This document shows positions 9,330 through 18,824 of a stretch of DNA of 64,000 bases, one piece after another (within the stretch, counting starts at the first letter, position 1; each line of letters starts with the position of its first letter). The translations under genes were made by a program, and so were the position numbers. The notes under the pieces were generated by a model. It worked only from the letters and a program-made list of their open reading frames with translations. It made no database searches and was not told the DNA's origin. The stretch comes from Marinicella sp. (lineage in GTDB: Bacteria > Pseudomonadota > Gammaproteobacteria > Xanthomonadales > Marinicellaceae), in assembly GCA_965230295.1 (NCBI GenBank), contig OZ246001.1:1728001-1792000 (forward strand), in the 5' to 3' direction.

Positions 9330-10767
9330 TAAACACAACTATGACCAAGAGATGGACTGGAATTATGCCCGGTTTATTGACTTGATAAACAGTACAGCAA
9401 AGAGTTTGGCTGCGTATGTAGACAAGGCCAACAAAGGCCTTCAACCAGTATCCAATCTGAAGCCGCTGGCGGAAATCAGGACCGCACTCAAAGCAGATCA
9501 GTTGATCCAAAAGGGCGGACTTTCCGAGCAGGGTTTTTCTGATTTTCTGGAAGTCTATTTAAAACACAGCACGCAATTACACCACCCCAACTACATGGCG
9601 CATCAAGTGGCATCACCAGGCATACCTTCGGCTTTAGCAGATTTCATTCATGGTGCCATCAACAACCCCATGGCCATTTATGAGATGGGGTCTACAGCAG
9701 CCACCTTAGAACATGTGGTGATCAATTGGATGCTGCATAAAATAGGTTGGCCAGAAGAACCCTTAGAAAAAACAAACCAAACCCATGGTGCAGGTGTACT
9801 CATGCACGGAGGTTCATTGGCCAACCTGGTTTCCTTGTTGGCAGCCAGGTCAGCGATTGCTCCAGATGCATGGGAACGAGGCAACCCTACAGACCTGAAA
9901 GTATTGGCACCGGCCAACAGCCACTATTCAATTGTCAGGGCCTTATCAATCATGGGGTTAGGCAGCCAGGCTTTGGTACCTGTTGCGGTCGATGCAGAAG
10001 AGCGGATCATTCCGGCAGCTCTTGAAGAATGCATCCAGTCAACCTTATCTCAGGGATACCGCATCATGGCGGTGGTTGCCAATGCTTGTTCAACCGGCAG
10101 TGGCTTGTTCGATCCTTTGACAGAGGTGGCCAACATTTGTGACCAACATCAAGTATGGTTTCATGTGGATGCTTGTCACGGCGGCTCTTTTCTACTTTCT
10201 GAGCAATTAAAACACCATTTGAGCGGTGCAGAAAAAGCGGATTCATTGGTCTGGGATGCCCACAAAATGATGCGCGTTTCAAGCTTGTGTACAGCGGTAT
10301 TGGTCAGAAATTCCAGTCATTTACAACATGCGTTTCAACAACAAGCCAGTTATTTGTTTTATGGCAGCCAAAGTATGGGTAAGGACTTTTTGCATCGCAC
10401 GGTGGAGTGCACCAAATCGGCATTGGCTACCAAAGTCTTTTTAAGCTTGGCATGGCAGGGAGAACAGGCCCTGGGTGAATACATTGAGGCCAGGGTGGGC
10501 CTAACGCATCAAGCTTACCAATTAATAAATCAACGTGATAACTTCCACTGTCCTTATCAACCAGAAAGTAACATCCTGTGTTTCAGGTATAAAGACGATG
10601 ATGATCTACAAATCACCATACGTGAAACACTGCTCAACGCAGGAATCTTTCATCTGACCTCAACGGACTTGAGCGGCAAAAGGTATTTGCGTATAACCAT
10701 CATGACCACAGCCACCAGTCTTGAAACCATAGAACAGATGGTTGAGGCGATAGAATCCAGGTGGTGA
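9322..10767 (+). CDS. Group II PLP-dependent decarboxylase (DABA/aromatic amino acid decarboxylase family)
   Basis: HHPNYMAHQV, GGSLANL, HYSI, WFHVDACHGG, PLP-lysine WDAHKMM. Confidence 0.88.
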   Translation: MTDKHNYDQEMDWNYARFIDLINSTAKSLAAYVDKANKGLQPVSNLKPLAEIRTALKADQLIQKGGLSEQGFSDFLEVYLKHSTQLHHPNYMAHQVASPGIPSALADFIHGAINNPMAIYEMGSTAATLEHVVINWMLHKIGWPEEPLEKTNQTHGAGVLMHGGSLANLVSLLAARSAIAPDAWERGNPTDLKVLAPANSHYSIVRALSIMGLGSQALVPVAVDAEERIIPAALEECIQSTLSQGYRIMAVVANACSTGSGLFDPLTEVANICDQHQVWFHVDACHGGSFLLSEQLKHHLSGAEKADSLVWDAHKMMRVSSLCTAVLVRNSSHLQHAFQQQASYLFYGSQSMGKDFLHRTVECTKSALATKVFLSLAWQGEQALGEYIEARVGLTHQAYQLINQRDNFHCPYQPESNILCFRYKDDDDLQITIRETLLNAGIFHLTSTDLSGKRYLRITIMTTATSLETIEQMVEAIESRW

Positions 10768-10796
10768 AATGCAGAACAAGACATTTGGAGCAGCTT

Positions 10797-11597
10797 ATGA
10801 ATAAGATGATACTGGTGTTGATCTTTTTTGGTTTTACGGTCAATGCAGAGATTGAACACCTGACGGGATTAAAGGGCAGTCAGTACCATGCACTACACTC
10901 CAAGGTGTTGGATCATGACTACCATATTTTTGTCAAAACACCACAAATCGACCCAGCAGATAAAAACAAAAAGTTGCCTGTGGTTTATCTGTTAGACGGT
11001 GGCGTTCATTTTCCAAGTATGGTGCCATATTCTCGATATATGACGTTGTTTGAGGAAATACCTCCGGTGATACAGGTGGGCATTTCTTACGGCACCAGTG
11101 ATTGGCAAAAAGGCAACAAGCGGAGTCATGATTTTACCTTGCCCGCCGCCAGTCGAGATCACTATGGTGGTGCCGAAAAGTTTCATCAGTTCTTAACCAC
11201 AGAACTGTTTCCCTTGATTGAAAGCAAATACCCCACTGATCCACAGCAAAGGATTTTATTTGGGCATTCACTGGGGGGCCAGTTTGCACTGTATTGTGCC
11301 ATGTTTCAACCGCACACCTTCAGCGGGTTGATTGCCAGCAATCCCGCCATTCATCGCAACACAGAGTTGTTTATGAAACCCATGGAGGTTTCAGCTCACC
11401 AGCCAAAATTATTTATCATGCAGGCTGAAAACGACAATGAAGTTTACATTCAACCCAGAAAAAAATGGCTTGAATTTTGGCAAAACAAACCTCACCATTG
11501 GCAACAGAAAGTCATGGAAGCCAAAGACCATAACCACATGAGCAGTGTGGTTGCGGCCTATCGGCAGGGTATGAAATGGCTGTTTACAAACCAATAA
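10797..11597 (+). CDS. Exported alpha/beta hydrolase (IroE/BesA-like esterase)
   Basis: Signal peptide from ATG 10797; PVVYLLDG, GGAEKF, nucleophile GHSLGG, C-terminal His (HNH). Confidence 0.82.
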   Translation: MNKMILVLIFFGFTVNAEIEHLTGLKGSQYHALHSKVLDHDYHIFVKTPQIDPADKNKKLPVVYLLDGGVHFPSMVPYSRYMTLFEEIPPVIQVGISYGTSDWQKGNKRSHDFTLPAASRDHYGGAEKFHQFLTTELFPLIESKYPTDPQQRILFGHSLGGQFALYCAMFQPHTFSGLIASNPAIHRNTELFMKPMEVSAHQPKLFIMQAENDNEVYIQPRKKWLEFWQNKPHHWQQKVMEAKDHNHMSSVVAAYRQGMKWLFTNQ

Positions 11598-11613
11598 TTA
11601 TTGACAAAATAAC

Positions 11614-12033
11614 ATGAAAAATACCGTTACCACTCAATGGGTCAAAGACTATACCTTTGTCAGCTCCAACCAAGACAACCAGTCCATTGTGATGGACTCG
11701 CCCGTTTCTGAAGGCGGTGATAAAGTGGGCCCATCACCCATGGAAGTGGTTTTGATGGGATTAAGTGCCTGTGCAGGTATCGATGTTAAGCTGATTTTGA
11801 CCAAAGCCAAACAAGACTTCTCAGATATTCAGGTTAAAGTCAGTGCTGAGCGACGGGAAGAAATACCGAAAGTGTACACTGACATCAACTTGCACTTTGT
11901 CATCACCGGTAATGCCCTGTCTGAAAAACAAGTGGTCCGCGCGATTAAGTTATCGGCTGAAAAATACTGTTCAGTTTCCCACATGCTACAAGGGACAGTA
12001 AACATCACCCATAGCCACGAGATCATTGAATAA
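11614..12033 (+). CDS. OsmC/YhfA family protein
   Basis: GPSPMEVVLMGLSACAGID and SAEKYCSV two-Cys motifs. Confidence 0.9.
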   Translation: MKNTVTTQWVKDYTFVSSNQDNQSIVMDSPVSEGGDKVGPSPMEVVLMGLSACAGIDVKLILTKAKQDFSDIQVKVSAERREEIPKVYTDINLHFVITGNALSEKQVVRAIKLSAEKYCSVSHMLQGTVNITHSHEIIE

Positions 12034-12200
12034 GGGATGAACCTATTGATCATCGAAATGCCTCTGGCTGCATAAATTCGATCAATCGATACAAAGCAAA
12101 AAGTATTAAAAACAGGTAAGTCATTCAGAACAGCAAGGCTTTTGTGATATTTTTCTGACGTCAACGGTCTTTGATTTAACTTAATACCACGAGACCACCT

Positions 12201-12887
12201 GTGAAAAAAATTCTATGCTTGTTGATCCTGACCTTCTGTAATCCGATTTTGGCTCAGGAATACAGTGCCATGTATCGGGTCACTTTTGTTGGTGATTGGA
12301 CGGCAACCAACCACCCCATTGATTACCCCAACAATGCACATTTTTCTAACTTGATTGGCAGTACTCACAACCAAGTAGGTGGTACCTGGGCCTTGGGTGA
12401 ACTGGCTTCAAGTGGAATAAAGTCGATGGCTGAAGATGGTCTCAACAACTTGTTGATCACAGAAGTCAATGCGCAAATGAGTGCTGGTACAGCAGAAAAT
12501 TTGATTGAAGCGATAGGAGGATATGGAGATGAAACGACCTTTGTCGACTTTGAAATCACGGCATCCCATCCCAGGGTCAGCTTAACCAGTATGATTGCCC
12601 CGAGTCCAGACTGGTTTGTTGGAGTCCATGATTTGAGTTTAATCAACTCAGGAGAGTGGTTGGAGGAACTCATGATTGAACTGTTGCCATACGATGCAGG
12701 GACAGACAGCGGAGCTTCGTTTCGCAGTGAAAATTTTCCAACACAGCCAGCCCAACCCATCAGCCTCATCACCACCCACCCATTACCAGATAACGTTCCT
12801 TTGGGTTATTTGGTGTTTACTCGTTTAAGTACCACAGGCAGTCCACCCGATGAAGTGTTCGTGAGCAATTTTGAGGCCATTGAATGA
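12201..12887 (+). CDS. Secreted Spondin_N domain protein with C-terminal DEVFVSNFE motif
   Basis: Signal peptide; YRVTF..W....HP..YP..AHFS, MIAPSPDWFVGV, YDAGTDSG spondin motifs. Confidence 0.88.
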   Translation: MKKILCLLILTFCNPILAQEYSAMYRVTFVGDWTATNHPIDYPNNAHFSNLIGSTHNQVGGTWALGELASSGIKSMAEDGLNNLLITEVNAQMSAGTAENLIEAIGGYGDETTFVDFEITASHPRVSLTSMIAPSPDWFVGVHDLSLINSGEWLEELMIELLPYDAGTDSGASFRSENFPTQPAQPISLITTHPLPDNVPLGYLVFTRLSTTGSPPDEVFVSNFEAIE

Positions 12888-12893
12888 ACCTCA

Positions 12894-14705
12894 TCATTGA
12901 TCGGTAAATTGTAGTTTGGCCAGCTCAGAGTACAAACTGTTGTTACGAATCAATTGTTCATGTTTGCCTTTGGCCACAATTTTTCCCTGATCCATCACAA
13001 TGATTTGATCGGCTTTGCGTATGGTGGCCAGCCGATGTGCAATGACCAGGGTTGTCCGATCTTTCATGATGCTGTTCAAGGCTTCTTGGACCAGTTTTTC
13101 ACTGTTGGCATCCAAAGCACTGGTGGCTTCATCCAACAACAACACGGGCGGGTTGGTCAACACAGCACGGGCTATGGATAAGCGCTGTGCTTGACCGCCA
13201 GACAACCTGACGCCTCGTTCACCCAAGTATGTGTCGTAGCCTTGATCCAGGTTTTCTATGAATTCATCGGCATGGGCCAAACGCGCCGCTGCTTTGATGG
13301 CTTCATCACTGGCTTCAGGGTTACCGTAGGCAATGTTTTCCCGTGCCGTGCTGGAAAAAATGGTGACGTCTTGTGCCACCAATGAAAATTGAGAACGCAA
13401 GTCATTCAACTTGATGTTTTGAATGTCCTGACCATCTAATTTGATGTGACCAGATTGGGGTTCGTAAAATCTCATCAGCAGCTGGAATAAGGTGGATTTA
13501 CCTGAACCGGATGGTCCAACCAGCGCAACAGTTTGGCCAGGAATGACCTCAAAAGATATGTCTGACAAAACATTCAAGCCGGTGCGGCTGGGGTATGCAA
13601 AATTGACTTGATCAATACTTATGTTACCCAAGATGTCACGGTCGAATTGAAAGGCATCAGCGGCTTCCTGAATGGTGGACTCAGTGTTCATCAACTCAAT
13701 GATTCTTTCCAGGGCTCCTGCGGCTTTTTTCAACTCACTCCAAACGGTTGACAAGGCGCCCACAGAGGTGGCCGCCATGATGGCATACATCACAAACTGA
13801 CTCAGTGTACCGGCAGTCATGTCTCCGGTGATCACATCACGCGCCCCCAACCACAAGACAAAAACAATGCCGCCAAAAATCACGAAACCGACCAGTAAAG
13901 ACATGATTGTGGTCATGCGTATGGAAGCCACAGCGGCTTTGAAAGCGTTATTGATGGCCGTTATGAATTTGTTGTTTTCGAATTGTTCCTGGGCATAGGC
14001 TTGAACAGTGTGCATGGCGTTGATGGTTTCAGTGGCCAGAGCAGAAGAATCAGCAATGCGATCCTGTTCTGCTTTAGAAAGCTTTTGAATGCGCCGCCCT
14101 GTGATGACAATGGGAATCACCACCAAGGGTATCAGGAAAGCGATGTACATCGCCAGTTTAGGGCTGGAAACCACCATCATAAAAGCCGCACCAAAAAAAG
14201 TCACAGCAGAACGCAGGGCAATGGAGAAGGTGCTGCCAACCACGGTTTCAACCAAGGTGGTGTCGGTGTTGATGCGTGACAGAATTTCTCCGGTTTTGGT
14301 TTTTTCAAAAAACTCTTGAGACTGGGTCATGACCTTGGCATAAACCTGTTTACGCAAATCTGTGACTACTTTTTGTCCGATCCATGAGACCCAGAAATAG
14401 CGCAAGGAAGTAAACAAGATCATCAACGATGAAACCACAAACACCAACACAAAATAATAAGACAAGGTGTCTTGGTTTTCAGCAGCAAACCCCAGGTCGA
14501 TCATTTGTTTAAAAGCCACGGGTATGGCCAAATTGGCTGCTGCACCAAGAAACAGCAACAGCAGCGCTAACAGGATGTGCTTTTTGTAGGGAACAATCAG
14601 TGGTTTAATTAACCGCAAATGATTCAAAGAAGCTTTGCTGTTCTCTGCTTCTGATTTGGGTTGATCGTTCAATGTTGTCGTATCCACTTCACTGTGTCCT
14701 GCCAT
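12894..14705 (-). CDS. ABC transporter, fused permease/ATPase (MsbA-like ABCB)
   Basis: Six-TM domain; Walker A GPSGSGKS, LSGGQAQR, LLLDEATSALD, IAHRL. Confidence 0.92.
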   Translation of the reverse strand: MAGHSEVDTTTLNDQPKSEAENSKASLNHLRLIKPLIVPYKKHILLALLLLFLGAAANLAIPVAFKQMIDLGFAAENQDTLSYYFVLVFVVSSLMILFTSLRYFWVSWIGQKVVTDLRKQVYAKVMTQSQEFFEKTKTGEILSRINTDTTLVETVVGSTFSIALRSAVTFFGAAFMMVVSSPKLAMYIAFLIPLVVIPIVITGRRIQKLSKAEQDRIADSSALATETINAMHTVQAYAQEQFENNKFITAINNAFKAAVASIRMTTIMSLLVGFVIFGGIVFVLWLGARDVITGDMTAGTLSQFVMYAIMAATSVGALSTVWSELKKAAGALERIIELMNTESTIQEAADAFQFDRDILGNISIDQVNFAYPSRTGLNVLSDISFEVIPGQTVALVGPSGSGKSTLFQLLMRFYEPQSGHIKLDGQDIQNIKLNDLRSQFSLVAQDVTIFSSTARENIAYGNPEASDEAIKAAARLAHADEFIENLDQGYDTYLGERGVRLSGGQAQRLSIARAVLTNPPVLLLDEATSALDANSEKLVQEALNSIMKDRTTLVIAHRLATIRKADQIIVMDQGKIVAKGKHEQLIRNNSLYSELAKLQFTDQ

Positions 14706-15535
14706 AATGATTTTGCCTCCGGCTTGAAAAAGCCAAAATGTCCAATTGATTCAAGTCCCAAATTCTGCGGGTCAATGATGCGTTTTTCTATGTGCCGCTG
14801 GTCATCATTTACTGTTAAGGACTTGCCATATTCTTCCAACAGCCCGTCAATGGCTGCCTCAGGAGCCATGTCATCATCCGTGAATCCAAAGCACAGTAGT
14901 GGCTTTGCAAAGTGATGCCATGGATTTAAATCAAAACCAAATTTTTGATTAAACAGGTAGTCTTTTTGTTGCCCCCATGAAGCCCATTGCTTGGCAGCTG
15001 CAGACGGCCAGGGATAATTGCCCAAACCCAGTTTGGCTGCATTGAATCGAGGCCCTTTACTCATCCAAGGTACCAACACATGCCACAACAGGTATAGTTT
15101 CATATAACCAGACAGCGGCCACAGCCGCTTATCGCCTTTTTGTGCCGCCACAAGTATCAACCCATCGATGTGGTCGATGTTGTGAGCAAAACCCAACAAT
15201 TGACCACCAATGCTGTGTCCCAAAACCCAAACTTTTTCAGGCTTGAGGCTTGTGCGAACCCAGCCAATAATGGCCGACTGGTCCAACCGCCCCCATGACT
15301 CGGCATTCTGCAGTGCATCATCAGCTAACACATCCATGCCATCTTCCATGCCTCTGTAGTTGTACAAAACCACGGTGAGGCCTTGGGCCGCCATACTGGC
15401 AGCAAAGGCGTGGTAAAGCTTCCGCTTGACTCCAATGGCAGGGTTTACAATCAGGGTGTTGGCAGAGTCAGCCCCGAAAACCTCTAGTTGTAAAGTGACC
15501 TGGTCATTGGTGGTTATGTTGACGGCATCAAACAT
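14669..15535 (-). CDS. Predicted alpha/beta hydrolase (COG4757-like)
   Basis: YNYRG, GHSIGGQ, FTDD, SIGHFGFF motifs. Confidence 0.82.
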   Translation of the reverse strand: MFDAVNITTNDQVTLQLEVFGADSANTLIVNPAIGVKRKLYHAFAASMAAQGLTVVLYNYRGMEDGMDVLADDALQNAESWGRLDQSAIIGWVRTSLKPEKVWVLGHSIGGQLLGFAHNIDHIDGLILVAAQKGDKRLWPLSGYMKLYLLWHVLVPWMSKGPRFNAAKLGLGNYPWPSAAAKQWASWGQQKDYLFNQKFGFDLNPWHHFAKPLLCFGFTDDDMAPEAAIDGLLEEYGKSLTVNDDQRHIEKRIIDPQNLGLESIGHFGFFKPEAKSLWQDTVKWIRQH

Positions 15536-15607
15536 TTAAGAAGGCCTAAAAAATCTTCATTGTAATGGATTACGCAAACAGAATGGTTGGCTGGTTAGGC
15601 AAAAACC

Positions 15608-16234
15608 TCAAGACTTCTTTTGGGCGATCATGAACACGGCTTTTCCGGGTGCGGGTTGCCATTGGTGAATGATGTCAAAATCGGCATTGAGCATAAACCG
15701 TTCCAACGCTTGTTGATCAAACACATGCAAAGTAGGTAACAACCCCAAAAATCGCCCGATGGGCCCCAACCACTTGAAGATTTTCATGGAATCTCCCAAG
15801 CAAGGCGTGGAGGTGACCAACAACCCACCAGGATTCAACATTTGGCTGACTTGTTTGACCACTTGTTGAGTGTTTTTCAATAAGTGCAGGATGCTCAGCC
15901 CCAACACCACATCAAAACGCTGCTCACCCGCATCAAAGTCATCGATGGTGCTGGTTAAGAAATCAATGTTGGTGATGTTTTGTTGTTCGGCTTTGTTTTT
16001 GGCAATGGCAATCATCTGATCTGACACATCGATGGCGGTGATGTGCTCGACAAGTGGCGCATGAATCAATGCTGTTGAGCCAGTGCCACAACCAAACTCG
16101 AACAGTCGCATGTTTGGTTTGAGGTGCTGTTGGGTCAGATTGAGCTTTTGTTCGTAAACGGCTTGATCAGGCACCGGACGCTTGGCGTATTTGGCGGCAT
16201 GTCGGTTCCAAAATTTTTGGTCGAAGTTTTTCAT
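15608..16234 (-). CDS. Class I SAM-dependent methyltransferase
   Basis: FEFGCGTG SAM motif, IDVS, SILHLL, LNPGG. Confidence 0.88.
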   Translation of the reverse strand: MKNFDQKFWNRHAAKYAKRPVPDQAVYEQKLNLTQQHLKPNMRLFEFGCGTGSTALIHAPLVEHITAIDVSDQMIAIAKNKAEQQNITNIDFLTSTIDDFDAGEQRFDVVLGLSILHLLKNTQQVVKQVSQMLNPGGLLVTSTPCLGDSMKIFKWLGPIGRFLGLLPTLHVFDQQALERFMLNADFDIIHQWQPAPGKAVFMIAQKKS

Positions 16235-16271
16235 TGATTTGTTTCATTTTTTGGGTTGATTCCATTATATG

Positions 16272-16330
16272 CATGCAAAACAGAATAAAAATATGATATT
16301 TTGTATGTAATCCATGCAAATATGAATAAA
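16272..16330. promoter_or_regulatory. Duplicated imperfect palindrome, candidate LysR operator sites
   Basis: CATGCAAAACAGAATAAA(16272-16289) and CATGCAAATATGAATAAA(16313-16330), 15/18 identical, between divergent methyltransferase and LysR genes. Confidence 0.55.
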
Positions 16331-17226
16331 TGAGCGCTCTCAATTCACAGTTCAATTGGAACCAGGCCAAAGCATTTCTCTTAACTGCTCAAACCGGTTC
16401 TTTATCTGCTGCTGCACACCTACTGAAAGTGTCCCAACCGACCTTGGGCCGTCAGGTCAGCGCCTTAGAATCGGCACTGGGCGTGGTGCTGTTTGAGCGG
16501 GTGGGGCGTGGCCTGTCGTTAACGCCCAGTGGCCAAGAGCTGTTGGAGCATGTACAACACATGAATGAGGCAGCCAATCAGTTCATGCTCACAGCCACCG
16601 GCCAAAATAAACAATTGGCTGGCGAAGTTTGTATCACCGCCACCGATGTGCTGGCCTATTTTATCTTACCGCCTATACTTGCAAAACTTCGACGGCTGGA
16701 ACCGGGTATTCATATCGAGGTGATTGCCAGTAATGCGGCCAGTGACCTGCTGCGTCGGGAAGCCGACATTGCGGTGCGTTCTTTCAGGCCCACACAAGCT
16801 GATTTGGTGGCCAAGAAATTGGCCGATGTCGAAGCATTTTTGTATGCCACCCCAGGATACCTGGCGAGTTTAAATGATCCGAAAAACATGATGGAATTCA
16901 ATCAGGCCGACTTCATTGGTTTTGTGAACAACGATCCGTATCAAGAAGCCTTGAATGAGATGGGTTTTGAGCTCACAGCAGAGAATTTTCCTGTAGTTTG
17001 TGAAAACCACCTCATCCATTGGGAATTGACCAAACAGGGTGTGGGTATAGGAGTGATGCCGTTACAAGTGGGCAGCCAGGAACCGTTGGTCAAGCCCATT
17101 TTGCCTGATTTGCCAGGACACACTTCAGAATTGTGGTTGGTAGCCCACAGGGAAGTCAGGACCAGTCGCCGCGTAAGAAGGGTGTTTGATTTTTTGTCTG
17201 ATCAACTGATGCACATAGAAGTGTAA
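16330..17226 (+). CDS. LysR family transcriptional regulator
   Basis: HTH GSLSAAAHLLKVSQPTLGRQVSALE, LFER; READIAVR. Confidence 0.93.
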   Translation: MSALNSQFNWNQAKAFLLTAQTGSLSAAAHLLKVSQPTLGRQVSALESALGVVLFERVGRGLSLTPSGQELLEHVQHMNEAANQFMLTATGQNKQLAGEVCITATDVLAYFILPPILAKLRRLEPGIHIEVIASNAASDLLRREADIAVRSFRPTQADLVAKKLADVEAFLYATPGYLASLNDPKNMMEFNQADFIGFVNNDPYQEALNEMGFELTAENFPVVCENHLIHWELTKQGVGIGVMPLQVGSQEPLVKPILPDLPGHTSELWLVAHREVRTSRRVRRVFDFLSDQLMHIEV

Positions 17227-17241
17227 AGATCATGCCATCAG

Positions 17242-17709
17242 TCACATTTGTGACTGCAGGTAATTTTCCAAACCAGTCAACTTGATCAAACGCAATTGTT
17301 TTTCCAGCCAATAGGCGTGATCAGTTTCGGTGTCATCCAGCAGCACCAATAACTGGTCCCGAGTGACGTAATCTTGTTCTTGCTCACACAAGGCCATGAC
17401 TTTTTTCAACGCTTTTTGTACACCATATTCGATGTCCAGATCACTTTGCAGCATGGCGGGTACGGTAGCGCCAATGTTCAGGCCATCTCGTTTAGACAGG
17501 TCAGGCTTGCCTTCAAGGAAGAGGATGCGTTCAATCAAAACGGCCGCATGGCCTTTTTCATCATCAAACTCATGATCAATGCGCTCATAGAGCTTGTTTA
17601 AGCCCATGTCTTCATACATTCTGGAGTGAACAAAGTATTGGTCCATGGCGGTTAATTCGTAAACCAGGAGCTCATTCAGTGCATTGATGATTTGAGGGTT
17701 GCCTTTCAT
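17242..17709 (-). CDS. bfr: Bacterioferritin, ferroxidase-type subunit lacking the heme Met52
   Basis: E18 (YELTAMDQY), E51/H54 in DEKGH with Lys at position 52, E94 (DIEY), E127/H130-equivalent (ETDH). Confidence 0.88.
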   Translation of the reverse strand: MKGNPQIINALNELLVYELTAMDQYFVHSRMYEDMGLNKLYERIDHEFDDEKGHAAVLIERILFLEGKPDLSKRDGLNIGATVPAMLQSDLDIEYGVQKALKKVMALCEQEQDYVTRDQLLVLLDDTETDHAYWLEKQLRLIKLTGLENYLQSQM

Positions 17710-18182
17710 TCGTTGTCTCCAATTTGAGCTTGTAGGTAGTTTTGTAAACCCACGTCATCAATCAATGAAACTTGGGTTTCGTGCCAGTCTATCAGTTCCT
17801 CTTCATGCGCCAAATGGGAGCTGAGTAAGTCACGGCTGACATAATCTTGGGCCGCTTCACAGGTGGTTATGGCTGTTTTGATAACTTGGTGTTGATTGGC
17901 CAGGAATTCACTGTTGCACTTGATCACTTCAGCCGTGTCTTCTCCAATGTTCAATTTACCCAGCTTTTGTAAATTGGGTAAACCACCCAGCAACAGTATG
18001 CGTTCGATCAAATCATCGGCATGCTTCATGTCTTTGATGGATTTTTTATAAAAGACTTCATCCAATTCAGCAAAGCCCCAATCCTTGGTCATGCGAGCAT
18101 GTAAAAAGAACTGATTGATGGAAGTCAATTTACTGGTTAATACCAGATTAAGTGTGGTGTGGATACTGCTGTCAATGTTCAT
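17706..18182 (-). CDS. bfr: Bacterioferritin, heme-binding subunit with degenerate ferroxidase centre
   Basis: SKLTSINQFFLHARM (E18->K), DMKHAD retains Met52, C-terminal EEEL lacks His130. Confidence 0.88.
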   Translation of the reverse strand: MNIDSSIHTTLNLVLTSKLTSINQFFLHARMTKDWGFAELDEVFYKKSIKDMKHADDLIERILLLGGLPNLQKLGKLNIGEDTAEVIKCNSEFLANQHQVIKTAITTCEAAQDYVSRDLLSSHLAHEEELIDWHETQVSLIDDVGLQNYLQAQIGDNE

Positions 18183-18387
18183 GTTGTTGTGAGTTTTTGT
18201 AATAGTTGGATTCTAGATTGTTTTGTTGGCAAAGTCAAAAAATACATTTAATTTCAACCACTTAATACGTAACAAGAATCACTTTCATTTGTGTTTAGTT
18301 TTCTATTCTGGGTGAATGTATTCGTTCTCAGGCAAGCGTGTGCGATAATAAAAGCAGTCAATGTAAACAACATCAACCGGAGTCATT

Positions 18388-18822
18388 GTGTCAAACAACA
18401 AAACCCAAGCAACCGAAGCCAGTGTGATTAAATTCCTCACGGCGGTGTCACCAGAACACAAAAGACAAGATGCGTTCACCTTGTTGGAAATGATGGAAAG
18501 ACTGTCCGGCTATCAGGCTAAAATGTGGGGTCCAAGTATCGTGGGTTTTGGCCAGTACCATTACCGATATGACTCAGGACGAGAAGGCGATTTCATGCGC
18601 ATCGGTTTTTCACCCCGAAAAGCCAACATTTCTTTGTACATCATCACAGGGGTTAAACGGTACCCAGAGCTTTTGGACCAATTGGGCAAGCACAAAACAG
18701 GCAAATCATGTCTTTATGTCAATAAACTGAAAGACATCAAGTTGAACGTATTGGAACAGCTGATCAGTAAAGAATTGGCTTACATGGCAGAAAAGTACCC
18801 AGAAGACATACCATCAAGATAA
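18388..18822 (+). CDS. DUF1801 (YdhG-like) protein
   Basis: KMWGPSIVGFGQYHYRYDSGREG, GFSPRK, LGKHKTGKSCLY; GTG start with GGAG. Confidence 0.88.
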   Translation: MSNNKTQATEASVIKFLTAVSPEHKRQDAFTLLEMMERLSGYQAKMWGPSIVGFGQYHYRYDSGREGDFMRIGFSPRKANISLYIITGVKRYPELLDQLGKHKTGKSCLYVNKLKDIKLNVLEQLISKELAYMAEKYPEDIPSR

Positions 18823-18824
18823 CC

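Noticed and set aside
18271-18293. Possible Fur box upstream of the bfr pair
   Set aside because: Best register I found matches only 11/19 of the consensus in AT-rich DNA; plausible but unsupported.
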